Shown here: positions 49,607 through 61,274 of the stretch, piece after piece
Position numbering within the stretch: the stretch's first letter is position 1
Layout: every line of letters begins with the position of its first letter
Assembly: GCF_001194135.2 (NCBI RefSeq)
Contig: NC_068982.1
Coordinates: 92,993,313-93,055,095 of the forward strand
DNA from: Octopus bimaculoides
Lineage: Eukaryota
Direction of reading: 5' to 3'
Length of the DNA stretch: 61,783 nucleotides
Notes under the pieces: generated by a model
Told to the model about the DNA's origin: nothing
The model's input: only the letters and a program-made list of their open reading frames with translations
Database searches by the model: none
Position numbers and translations under genes: made by a program

Positions 49607-52600
49607 CAACCCAGCAGGACAACTGAAAAATAATTCTCAAAGACCGGAATATCTACAATTTCCTGTGAGTATTTAAAATTTCCTTCAAAATAAGTTAAGA
49701 AACTTACATATCTATACAGTGGTCATGGAGTGTTACTACCTGAGCAACCCCGTGAACGAAGGTGGTGTTCATCTTAGGGGATACCGATAACGTAAGTATG
49801 ATCAATGGAGAGAAAGAGGATTGCTTCAACTTACGGAACAGAGATTATGGGATCAAGTTAAAGTAATAAGAAAAAAATCTTTAGTTCACGAAAGTAGAGC
49901 TTGAAGCTATCAAAAGACAGGTATTGGAAAACAGCAGCAGAGGGAACGATGAAAATACAGTTCCTACTGATAAAAGTAATCTCATAGAAGAAAAGAGAGG
50001 TGAAATCTCTAATAAACCACAGGAATGGAAGACAAATAGATGGTTTCGAAGAAGACAATAAAACTAATGGTGACATGACAGATAGGCAAAAGTCAATCTA
50101 CGACAGAATAAAGGCAAGGCTACAGGAGAACGATAGCAACATTATTTGCAACCTTAAAAAGGTTGAGTGGTAGAAATTGAACCAAGAAACGAAAAATGTC
50201 AATGAAATTCTCTAATACATCAGAACAAAAACATCACAGGAACAAATAATTTGATCAGGGCAGTAAGTATTATAGTAGCAGAAAATGTGGGTGTTCATGT
50301 TAAGAAAAAGAAATATAATGGGAGTGACAAAAGAAAAGATCCATGGTGGAAAAAAAGAATACAGGCAGGTTTAGATATGCTCTCGAAAGGCATTTCTTGT
50401 TAGACCGAAAAGAAAAGGGGGAGCTTTAAAGCGAACAAAAATACGGCACTGAACAAGAAATATAATATTGAAAGAAAGGACCTGAAAGTGGTAATGGAGG
50501 AAGTGAAACAGCACCTCGTTGCAAAGAAAGTAAAGATGGTAAGATACAACCAAAGAATGAATGGTTACCACCAGAATAGGTTATTCATAGTAGACCAGAG
50601 GAGATTCTACAAAGAAATAAATGGAGAGTGTACAGATGAAAAGTTGATACCAGATAATAATAGAAGTCAAAGGTTTTGGAGCAAAGACAAGGAGCACAAG
50701 AAGGATGCTGAATGGTTGCAAGAACTGAAACAAACAGTAGTTTGACCAAAACAGGCAGAACTAGCCATTTCAGATCGGGAAGTGAAGGAAATCAGCGAAA
50801 AAATGAGAAAATGGAAGGCCCCGGGGCCAGATGGAGCTCAAGGTTACTAGATCAAAAGATTTGATGAACGTCATGCACAACTCAACACCTTGTTAAATGC
50901 CGACCAAGTAACACCAGAGTGGCTGACAATGGGTAGGACAGTGCTGTGCTTGAAAAACATCGAAAAAAGCAATACGGTAGACAATTATAGGCCAATATCC
51001 TGCTTATCACTTATGTGGAAATTATTGACTGGAATTATCGTAGAGTCAATGTACGGACATCTGGAAAAAAAATGGAGTCCTGCCACATGAGCAGAAGGGT
51101 TGCAAGCGTAAGTGCAGAGGTACCAAGGACCAACTCCTTGTAGACAAAACTGTACTTAGAGACTGCAAGAGGAGGAAAACTAACTTAGCCATGTCATGGA
51201 CCTCAAACTTTATGGTAAAGAGGAATCCTAAGTCAGTTCTCTCGTTCATACGGTGTATACTTTTATCAGAATGGATTCCGGACTGAAAAAGTGTGGTGTG
51301 AAGAGAGGCAGAATCAAATGTAGGGTTGGGCTAGCGATACCGTCGTGGGAGATTATGAAGCAGATAGAAGAGACGGACTATAAGTACTTGGAGATTTTGG
51401 AAATGGATAAACTGATGGAGAAAGAAATGACAGAAAAATTTAAGGTGGAGTACTTGCGCAGACTGAGACTGATCCTTAAGTCGAAATTAAACAAACGGAA
51501 CAAAATTGAAGCTATCAAGGGCGGTTTCACTCCTTAGATATGGAGCAGGGGTAATCGCACGGACAATAGACGAATTAAACAGCTTAGAAAGAAAGACAAG
51601 GAAGTTGCTGACTTTGATATGGGATACTCCACCCAAAAAGTGACATAAACACTGTATGAACCAAGAAAAAGTGAGGGAGGAAGACTGATTGGATGCGAAC
51701 ACAGCATTAGAGCAAGAAAACAACATAGCATGGAATGTAAAAAATGCTACAAAATGCTGCTATTGGAAGTAAGAAGGCCAGGCTTGTGTAGGATGGAAGA
51801 TTGCAAAGATAAAGCACTGTGCAAGTACTTGAGAATGAATGAATGAAACTGAAAATAGGTGGATAAAGAAAAGAATGCATGGACAATTTCATAGGGATGT
51901 TGAAGAAAAGACAGACAGAGAAAAAAGATGGCTATGGATGACTAGAAGTGAAACCGTAAACGGAGGCTCTAATCCGTGCTGCCCAAGAGCAAGCATTAAG
52001 AACCAATTACATCAAATACAGAATAGACAACACAGCAGAATGTGATAAGTGCAGAATTTGTGGACAAAATGGTGAAACCATATGGCATATTACCAGTCAA
52101 TGTGCGCCACTAGCCCAGAAAGAATATAAGAGACGTCATGACAATATAACAAGGATTGTCCATTGGACACTTATGGACTTGACAGAGCAAAAAAGTGGTG
52201 CAAACATCAACCCGAAGGCATCATCGAAAATGATAATGCAAAGATCCTATGGGATTTTATGATTCAGTGCGACCATGAGATAGAGAATAGGAAGCCAGAC
52301 ATAGTGTTAATTGAGAAAGAAAGCAAACAATGCTGGATCATAGATATAGCATGCCCAGCTGACAACAAGGTATGTGATGAGGAAGAAAGAAAAGACGATA
52401 AATATGATAGGTTAGCTTGGGAGGTTAAGCAGTTGTGGTCGATGAAAAAGGTCGTAGTGGTACCAATAACTGTCGGAGCCCTGAGAACAGTGCGTAAAAC
52501 TCTTGAGAAGTACATGGAACAAATAGGGGCTGCAATAAGGGTGGAGCACTTGAAGAAAACAGCACTGCTTGGAATTGCTCCAGTTGGTGCTCGAAAAATA

Positions 52601-52676
52601 AGGGGTGTTACCTTAGTTCACTGGTAGTGAACAATTGGCACCGCAGTAAATCTCCAGCGTTAGAAGCTGTGCAAAA
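49607..52676 (+). mobile_element. R4/Dong-clade non-LTR retrotransposon, near full-length, flanked by (TAA)n
   Basis: ECYYLSNP...EQRLWDQ N-terminus; [33 protein letters not shown] motifs; HGQF...ETEALI.AAQEQAL; CRICGQNGETIWHITSQC knuckle; RKPDIVL...IIDIACP RLE; (CAA)/(TAA) tail. Confidence 0.92.
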
Positions 52677-52690
52677 ACAACAACAACAAC

Positions 52691-52748
<58 letters not shown>

Positions 52749-53092
52749 TAAATAATGAATTTTCTACTAAAGCATAAGACCTGGAATTTGAAGGCAGAGG
52801 ACTAATCGATGACATCGACCTCAGTGCGTAACTGGTGTTTATCTTATCGACCTCGAAAGGATGAAAGATCTCGGTTGAATTTGAACTCAGAACGTAGCGG
52901 CAGACGAAATACTGCTAAGCATTTCGCCCGGCGTGCTAACAATTCTGTCAGCTCTCCGTCTTGAAGAAGAAGAAGAAGAAGAAGAAGAAGAAGAAGAAGA
53001 AGAAGAAGAAGAAGAAGAAGAAGAAGAAGAAGAAGAAGAAGAAGAAGAAGAAGAAGAAGAAGAACAACAACAACAACAACAACAACAACAAC
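52677..53092. repeat. Compound trinucleotide microsatellites (CAA/TAA/GAA) surrounding a SINE
   Basis: Read directly. Similar arrays at 3835-3929, 4143-4247, 49512-49606, 53597-53730 and 60183-60300; many (CA)n, (GA)n, (TA)n and (TATG)n tracts throughout. Confidence 0.95.
52762..52962 (-). mobile_element. SINE family B copy between (TAA)n and (GAA)n
   Basis: ATCGACCTCGAAAGGATGAAAG...GAATTTGAACTCAGAACGTAGCGGCAGACGAAATAC...AATTCTGTCAGCTCTCCGTCTT. Confidence 0.85.
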
Positions 53093-53596
53093 TGCCCTGA
53101 TGCAGTACCAGACAGTGTCTCTCATGGCATCTGATCTTAATTGTTTGGAAATGTTATCTTGTACATTGTTTTGTCTTGGTGTAATTTGCTTGACCTTAAC
53201 CAACTGAGCATGTCCCTTAGTGGCTGATGATATGTGCATCTCTGATCACGTGCAGAATTAGTGGGGGAGCATCATATCCATGTGTTGAGAGGAATTCTTT
53301 GGGGTTTAGATAATTTACCTTTGGAAACATAGGTGTTTTGTTCAGCATCCTTAAACAACCCTTATTCAGGGACCTTTTGAGCGGGATGGGCTACTCGACC
53401 CGAAGAAAATTTTAACTGGGTCCCATCTGCAAGGTTATGCGCTGTTTATCTTGCTATGAGATCATTATGTCGCGTACATATGGTTGTGATGCATGTGGCT
53501 GGTGTACCCTTATCAGACGGGTAGTCATGATGGGTATACTGGGCTTCGTATATTTTACCCCAGTGTCACTTTGATGGCATGCACTGCTCTGTCACT
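53093..53596 (+). mobile_element. Unclassified element, probably a LINE 3' UTR, bounded by (CAA)n and (AAT)n
   Basis: Non-coding 500-bp block that ends ...GCATGCACTGCTCTGTCACTC and runs directly into (AAT)n, like the neighbouring RLE LINE tails. Confidence 0.4.
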
Positions 53597-53611
53597 CAAT
53601 AATAATAATAG

Positions 53612-53661
<50 letters not shown>

Positions 53662-53729
53662 ATAATAATAATAATAATAACAACAACAACAACAACAACA
53701 CCCACAATAATAATAATAATAATAATAAT

Positions 53730-54545
53730 AAATGGCATAGAAAACCTCTCAATGGCAAATACCCAAAGAGAGCGAATAATGCAGATATTGACAAAGCCCT
53801 TACCCACCAATGGTTAATGGCCTCTGGCTTGAAATCAGAAACAGAGGGGTTTATCATAGCAGCCCANNNNNNNNNNNNNNNNNNNNNNNNNNNNNNNNNN
53901 NNNNNNNNNNNNNNNNNNNNNNNNNNNNNNNNNNNNNNNNNNNNNNNNNNNNNNNNNNNNNNNNNNNNNNNNNNNNNNNNNNNNNNNNNNNNNNNNNNNN
54001 NNNNNNNNNNNNNNNNNNNNNNNNNNNNNNNNNNNNNNNNNNNNNNNNNNNNNNNNNNNNNNNNNNNNNNNNNNNNNNNNNNNNNNNNNNNNNNNNNNNN
54101 NNNNNNNNNNNNNNNNNNNNNNNNNNNNNNNNNNNNNNNNNNNNNNNNNNNNNNNNNNNNNNNNNNNNNNNNNNNNNNNNNNNNNNNNNNNNNNNNNNNN
54201 NNNNNNNNNNNNNNNNNNNNNNTAGGTGCCCTGGGAATGACAGCGAAACGGGCTGATTACTACCTAGATCAGATTCCAGGAAACCCCAAAATGGCTGAAG
54301 TTCAAAAGATAGTGTTCATGGGAACTGCCCATATCCTACGTAAAATACTGTCTATGTGATCTCAAATTTTAAAGCAAACACATAATTTTCTTATGGTTTC
54401 TTAAACATTCACTTGAACAAAACTGTACAAATCCAAATATATGGTACCCTAGGCATAACACCTACATGAACTTCTATCTTGTTGTCTCTTGAGGTCTCTG
54501 GGTGAGACTTGGATCCAACTTGTACAAATGCAAAACAAAAGTCAA
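53730..54545 (+). mobile_element. Second R4/Dong-like LINE 3' fragment (contains N gap)
   Basis: KWHRKPLNGKY...WLMASGLKSETEGFIIAA and GALGM...QKIVFMGTAHILRKILSM*, then a 3' UTR and (AAT)n. Confidence 0.85.
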
Positions 54546-54581
54546 ACATAAAATAATAATAATAATAACAACAATAATGAT

Positions 54582-55715
54582 TTCTTTTATTGGTCACAAG
54601 GACCCAAGACATGGGGGACAATATCGAAGAACGAGTTACAGCATAAAAATAAAACTTACAAAAACATGTGGGGTTAACATCAATCAAGGAGAGATACTAC
54701 CACATTAAAGGATATAACAGGATATGTAATAGAAAGTAGAGAAATTAATAATAAATAAATAGATAAATAGAATCCTCAATATCGGGGCAGTCCACTTACG
54801 GTAATCCGGGGTAAGCCCCACACGAAGGTCCCCGATTACTCTGCTATCTCCAAAGCATGAGAAAGTGCTCTTTTCCAGTCTCTTTCCTCCTGCTTAGAAA
54901 AACATATACAGAATAGTTCCATTCAGTCTCACCAGTCTTGCCACTGTCGACCACTTTTAGATAAACACACTAGAAGGCAGCACCTCCCTCTCTGCCCTCA
55001 CCTTCCTCTTTAAATTATATCTGAAGAAATTGATGAGGGCTTGACCAGATAGAAACGTGCCTGTCTTAAAACCTTTCAGATGGGTCCACCTCACAACCTC
55101 TTTTGCTACAGCCACTAAGCAGAGAAAAATTTGCCTTTCATCTCTGCTAAGGGAAGATGGTGCATTGATCCTCACTATACACTTGGCAGACAGCTGAGTT
55201 CATCTTACACATGACAACAGCTGCTCCATACAATCCCACAACTCTCTAATGCATGGACACTGAATTATTGCATGCAGGATGGTTTCATCCTCCTTCAAGC
55301 ACCTTGTGCAGGTTCAGCTATTGGCACTTCCATGCCTGAAGAGCTTGTCTCGAACGGGCAATGTCCCTCTGTAGACTTTTGGAAATTGTCCATGATCTTC
55401 GACACCATGACAGTGATGTCATCCGCGTATGCATACACAACTCTCATGTAACTTAGTTCCAGCGGGATAACCCTCAATTCCCCATCCTTCACAGCAAGGG
55501 TTCTAAAGCTAAAATATATAAAAAAAAGCGGGGTGAAGGGGCATCCTTGGCGTACCAAGCGTTCAATTCTGAACGGTTCCGAGAGGTGGCCATTCAATTT
55601 GACAACCGAACAGATGCCACTATATATTGTGGTGATCCAGCCCCTGAAGACGGAATCGAAACTGACAGCTTTTAGGACAGACACCAGATAGCGATGGTCC
55701 ACCCTGGTCCAAATT
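54582..55715 (-). mobile_element. Tx1/L1-clade LINE 3' portion with internal deletion
   Basis: DHRYL..VL...FRGWI..IYSGI.SVVKLNGHLSEPF.I.R.VRQGCP and AYADDITV RT motifs; C-terminal FLCLVAVAKE; AATAAA at 54591-54586 followed by (ATT)n. Confidence 0.9.
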
Positions 55716-56210
55716 GACTAGTGCCCCTCTAAAACCAGAATAATAACTTAATGTAAATAAAATATCAAATATGTTGTTGTGTGAGAGCATGGATTACTCT
55801 TGGAACGGTTCGCAGTGAAGAGTGGAGTTTTGCATGTGTGTGTGTGTGTTTGTGTGTGTGTGCATGCATGTGCGCACGCACGTACGCGCATGTATGTCTA
55901 ATAAATTATCCAATATTTGTCTGTTTGTCTATGTCATTTTTATTTCCTCTGTCTATCGATGAAGACGCCTTTATCAAGGCACTTTTATTGATGGAAGAGT
56001 GATATTACAGTGATAAAGACCTCGTGCTCAGACCTGTTTGTGTCTGAGGAACTATGCAATTTGCATAGTTTTTTCTGTTGATCATCGCTACTGAAATTGC
56101 AAGTTTTTCAGTAAAAATAGAGCTAACATTCAATATTATTTTATTTAAGAGTTTGTGATATCTGTGCGCGCTATACATTACCATTAGCACTAAGAGTAAT
56201 CTAGCATATC

Positions 56211-56295
<85 letters not shown>

Positions 56296-56298
<3 letters not shown>

Positions 56299-56530
56299 CA
56301 TACATACATAAAGCTAAAGAATACCTATACTGAACTATTGAGAAATCTACAGTTACTCTATGCTGATTACAAGTTAAGGTTTATAACTGTAACTATTGGG
56401 GCCCATGGATATGTAACTCACTGCCTGAATACCAATCTTGAGAAATTAGGCTTCTCAAAGCAGAAAGGAGAAAGCTGATTCGAGGAGTACAGACTCAAGC
56501 CATCACTAGAACAGTAAAAATATGTAAAAC
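56296..56530 (+). mobile_element. RLE-type LINE extreme 3' coding fragment following (CA)n
   Basis: YTELLRNLQLLYADYKLRFITVTIGAHGYVT..L..NLEKLGF and TRTVKICKTF match the RLE C-terminus (IGALG...GTVKI). Confidence 0.7.
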
Positions 56531-58192
56531 TTTCCAATATATACTTTTTTTTATCTATGGAACTACTATGACAAATATGTAGTTGATAATTATATTTTCC
56601 TTCATGCTTCAGATATTTCCATATTGAAATCTAATTACCATGATATGTATTATCAATTGTATATTTAAGTCTTCTTTCATCAGCTGAGTGGCTTTTTCTT
56701 AGTCACATTTGAACGGAACGTATATAATCATACAAACTCAGTGAAAGAGCCATCAATTTATTTATCAAAAGATTTGCTATATTTTAACTTCGAGACGATT
56801 TCATTTATTGGAATATATTTGTTTTTCATTGCAGAAAAATCCTTTTTCTATCTCTTCAGAACTCAGAGCAATGGTTTTAATGATATTCTAAGCCCTTTGT
56901 ACTACCGTTAGAATATAATCATTATGACAATTTCAGGCAACACTTTCTGTATAATCGCGAACATCATTATAACAAATTTTTATGGTAACTTGTTTAAAGA
57001 ATTGATATGATATTTCTTCGGCTACTTTACAGGGAATAAACACTTCATCAATATACCAAGAATATGGGTTAACAATGTTTATCTCTTCGTGAATTTTATT
57101 GTTAGTTATTTGAGGATTGATTACTACTTCATTTTATGTTACCACAATCTACTAACTTTAGTTTCGTATTCTTAATTACTGTATTGAGCTCCTTGGTAAA
57201 AAAAACAAAGACTTACATATCTCTTATCTTTAATGAACACAGTATACCGAAATGTTTGAGGAGAAATTGCTTAATGTGTCTTCCTTTCATTTGTACTCGT
57301 ACTTTAAGAAATTCGAACGACTCGTGATATATTTAATTCTTTCTTCTTCTTAGCTTGAAGAGCATTTGAAGGTAAGAAATCTCTCCTGATATATCGATCA
57401 TAAGCCGCACCGCTTCGTGTGACAGTAATTAATTCCGGCCGCACAAGACTAATCGCACATCAACCGATAATTTGAATGCCGTTTTCAGAAATATAACTTC
57501 ATACTTTTTGGACCGTGAGCGATCGAGTTAGTTTTCATACCTGACGAACCGAAACGACGCAGATACGCATGCATCCTATGATCTAATGATGTCATTCATA
57601 CCTCCAAAATAAAATTTTTGTTTTCACAAGTCTAAGTGGAGAAGTTTCTCCCGCGACAGTTCGTGCAGCATTTGGTCTTATCACGACTGACACGATCGAA
57701 TGTGTCATACATGACTTTATGTGACAATATTTCATCCAAAGTTGTTTCATGCGGCATTAATCACTAACACACATTTATGTATGTATGTATGTATGTATGT
57801 ATGTATGTATGTGCGCATGCATGTATTTTTGTGTGTGTGTGATGAAATCTAGACAGAATTTTTTTCTCTATATAATTCCGCAGCGGACACATTTTCTCAT
57901 TCTGGTGTGCANNNNNNNNNNNNNNNNNNNNNNNNNNNNNNNNNNNNNNNNNNNNNNNNNNNNNNNNNNNNNNNNNNNNNNNNNNNNNNNNNNNNNNNNN
58001 NNNNNNNNNNNNNNNNNNNNNNNNNNNNNNNNNNNNNNNNNNNNNNNNNNNNNNNNNNNNNNNNNNNNNNNNNNNNNNNNNNNNNNNNNNNNNNNNNNNN
58101 NNNNNNNNNNNNNNNNNNNNNNNNNNNNNNNNNNNNNNNNNNNNNNNNNNNNNNNNNNNNNNNNNNNNNNNNNNNNNNNNNNNNNNNNNNNN

Positions 58193-58244
<52 letters not shown>

Positions 58245-58320
58245 CTGAATGTAAGAAAATGTATACAATACTTTCGCATATGCGAGCGGATGTGCAGTTG
58301 TGAAATGGTGTGTAACTTAC

Positions 58321-58506
58321 CTCATAATATGCAAGATAACCAGGCTCTCTTGTATAAATTCCACCTGGAGACGGACCAATTGCTGGGGCTGACGGACCGT
58401 AGATCATTCTGCTTGCAAGCGTAAAACCACGTCCAAATGTAGGAATGCCTATGTTTAATTTACTTGGTGGGATACCCTTTGAAGTCCAGTACCTAGCAGC
58501 CCAATT
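58321..58506 (-). CDS. GH18 chitinase internal exon
   Basis: gtcacag|AAT...GAG|gtaagt; NWAARYWTSKGIPPSKLNIGIPTFGRGFTL...GIYTREPGYLAYYE (186 nt, phase 0/0). Confidence 0.97.
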
Positions 58507-58652
58507 CTGTGACACAACGGCAATACAGGAAAATAAAGTAGTATTTTTTAAAAGGTTGCTTTAATTTTCTTACTATTAAATAATTTAATTCAGCACATTA
58601 ATTGCAGGACAAAAATCAACGTTATTTACTTCATAGCTATGTATAAGAACGT

Positions 58653-58990
58653 GGAGGCGCAATGGCCCAGTGGTTAGGGCAGCGGACTCGCGGTCATAGG
58701 GTCGCAGTTTCGATTCCCAGACCGGGCGTTGTGAGTGTTTATTGAGCGAAAACACCTAAATCTCCACGAGTCTCCGACAGGGGATTGTGGCGACCCCTGT
58801 TTTACTCTTTCACCATAACTTTCCCTCACTCTTTCTTCCTGTTTCTGCTGTACCTGTAATTCAAAGGACCAGCCTTGTCACACTGTGTCACGCTGAATAT
58901 CTCCGAGAACTGCGTTAAGGGTACACGTGTCTGTGGAATGCTCAGCCACTTGCACGTTAATTTCACGAGCAGGCTGCTCCGTTGACCAGA
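58653..58990 (+). mobile_element. tRNA-derived SINE family D, antisense in chitinase intron
   Basis: GGAGGCGCAATGGCCCAGTGGTTAGGGCAGCGGACTCGCGG...GTTTCGATTCCC head (A box 58663-58673, B box 58707-58717) followed by about 260 nt of tRNA-unrelated body. Confidence 0.85.
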
Positions 58991-59119
58991 AAACAATGGG
59001 TTAAGATTTGCTTGACAATGTTGAGAAATGTGCATTCGGTTTCGAATCCGCTTGCCTATTCTGTAGCTAGTTGCATGTTGCTTGTATTTTTAACTTGTGT
59101 AGGTTACTACGTTCATGTC

Positions 59120-59290
59120 AAGCAAGTAACTTGCTAGAAATAGCAGTCAAATCTCCCTTAAAATGCTCCTAACTATCTTAGAAAATAAAAGAGACACTGG
59201 GCAGTGTTATTCTAGATATGCAAAAAGATGAAATGGTTTTAGTTGGAACCCATCCTATCGTAGTTCTATTTGATTAATATTGACTGTTGG
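59120..59290 (+). repeat. Dispersed repeat family C copy
   Basis: TAGAAATAGCAGTCAAATCTCCCTTAAAAT..., similar to 3290 and 44035. Confidence 0.55.
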
Positions 59291-59989
59291 TTAAACAACA
59301 TTTATTACTTTCTCATGAAACGTCTTACTGAATCCTGCTTGTAAAGACTAACTTAACAATTTTCAGCAATAGTTTGCAAGAGTATTTAATATTTGTGGTT
59401 AAATTTGCATATGTCCTACATTTATTAATACCGATATTTGAGATAGTTGCCTATTCATCAGTGCCAAGCAATCAGGGAAGGCTTTGAATGAACAAGAAAA
59501 CTTTAAAGAATTAGAGGCTGCAATATATTTTGTTTTCTGAAAAAGTAAAAAGACGACGAGGTTATAGGGAAACCCATTCAGCCCGCCTCTTTCATAGAAT
59601 ATCCTTCAGGCAGTTGCTCGGGAAATTATATGTCTCTTTGAAACATCTGATTGGTACAGTGTTTGTAACCTGACAATAGTTTCATCTTAACACTCGGATC
59701 TAACAAAAGCTGGGACTTTAAATGGAATAAGAAAGGTGACTGATATCATATGTATTAAATCAATAAGTAGATTATGTTCACTGTTGAGGTATTATTGCTG
59801 GTATTACCAGCAAGTTATGATTATGTGCATATATACATACAGACATACATACAGTACTTCATTCCTTGCAAACCTCTCTGAGAGAAAGAAACTTGCTATT
59901 TCTATGTAATTACTGCTTCAACCATGGCCAGAAAAATACCTAAACAAATATCTCGAACAGTTATATACTATAATAAATAATTTACACAT

Positions 59990-60050
59990 ATGGAATGTGC
60001 ACCAGCATGACCGCAGCCACTTGGCTGAAACACATAAATAAATAAATATA
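59990..60050 (+). mobile_element. SINE family A 3' tail
   Basis: GCACCAGCATGACCGCAGCCACTTGGCTGAAACA is the sense version of the tail at 28610-28640. Confidence 0.6.
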
Positions 60051-60055
60051 ATAAA

Positions 60056-60227
60056 CTAGCAGAGGCACCCGGCGTTGCCCGGGAATGAAATATGTTGTAT
60101 AGGAATTTGTCATTCTTAATTCAATTTATTCTTCAATTGGGATACATGATGAAATTAATTCTTAATTCACAATACAAAAAATAATGATGATAATAACAAT
60201 AACAACAACAACAACAACAACAACAGC

Positions 60228-60302
<75 letters not shown>

Positions 60303-61108
60303 CGAAAATACAAAATTTACCACTCTATGAAGGAAGATAAATTCTATCACATATGTTGAAGGTGTCAAACGTATTCAGCCAATCTTGATCAAGACGCTTA
60401 CGTCTTTCCTCTGAGGATTGGCGAAGTCTTGCAGCAACTGTTTGCTCCTGGTTTCTTTTTCTTCATCTTATCTCTCGCTGGCCTATTGTCTCATTGGCAA
60501 CTCTGGCAGATTGTTTTAGTCTTGCATTCTTTAAACGTTTTTCTCTTTCCTTTTTTAACTCTTGGCTCTTGCGGATTGCATTTTGTTCTAACCGTTTTTT
60601 CCGTGCCTATTGTGACTCATTGACCCTGCGTGCAGCAGATCTCCTTCGGTCAGATTACAAACACATGTCTTTGCTATCGTTGTGCAGCGGTCTCTAGTGA
60701 CTTTACTCTAACTACCTTCGTCTCTCTCTCCCGCTATTCCTCTCTCTTTCAACTTCTATAGAAACTTGTTTTCTCTCTGCGTTTCTTTCTTTCTTCTCTG
60801 TCTTATTCTCTTTCTGTGTTTCTCTCGCTCACACATATTTAATCTATTTCTGTTTCTTTCACTCTCTCTCTCTCTCTCTCTCTCTCNNNNNNNNNNCTCT
60901 CTCTCTCTCTCTCTCTAACTCACTCACACACTTACACTATTTGCATTTCTCCCTCTGTCGAAAAACGTGACGAATGAGGAGATAGAGGAGGAGAAAGAAA
61001 AAGCCACTTCCTCACTTTGCTTCTCTGTTTCTTTTTCTCCCCTCTCACTCCCTCATTGGCATTATGCACAAACATACAAACACAGACATCTGCTAATATA
61101 TATATAGA
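60056..61108 (-). mobile_element. Internally deleted Helitron with both termini, in chitinase intron
   Basis: 3' end hairpin CCCGG-GCAACG-CCGGG (60083-60068) followed by CTAG|T; 5' end A|TCTATATATAT at 61108; internal R/E/Q-rich repeat coding remnant at 60361-60651. Confidence 0.75.
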
Positions 61109-61150
61109 TAGACTGAGGGGCTTTAGACAAGTAAATAATAATATACTTAC

Positions 61151-61274
61151 CACATTTGAATAGGACTGTGGAGGTTTCTCATTCAATCGTTGAAACAAAG
61201 GGGAATTATGGCCCGTATTCTTCTCCCATGCACCATGAAAGTCATAAGTCATCATTGTGATAAAATCCAAGTTT
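61151..61274 (-). CDS. GH18 chitinase internal exon (most 5' exon in the window)
   Basis: cgatag|A AAC TTG GAT...GTG|gtaagt; NLDFITMMTYDFHGAWEKNTGHNSPLFQRLNEKPPQSYSNV (124 nt, phase 2/0) with the hallmark MTYDFHG.W...TGHNSPL motif. Confidence 0.97.

Noticed and set aside
57541-57565. Hammerhead ribozyme (CTGACGA-ACC-GAAAC)
   Set aside because: Helix II cannot form, and there is no NUH site or helix I partner.
58653-58730. tRNA gene
   Set aside because: A and B boxes are present, but acceptor and anticodon stems do not pair properly, there is no poly-T terminator, and it continues into a SINE body.
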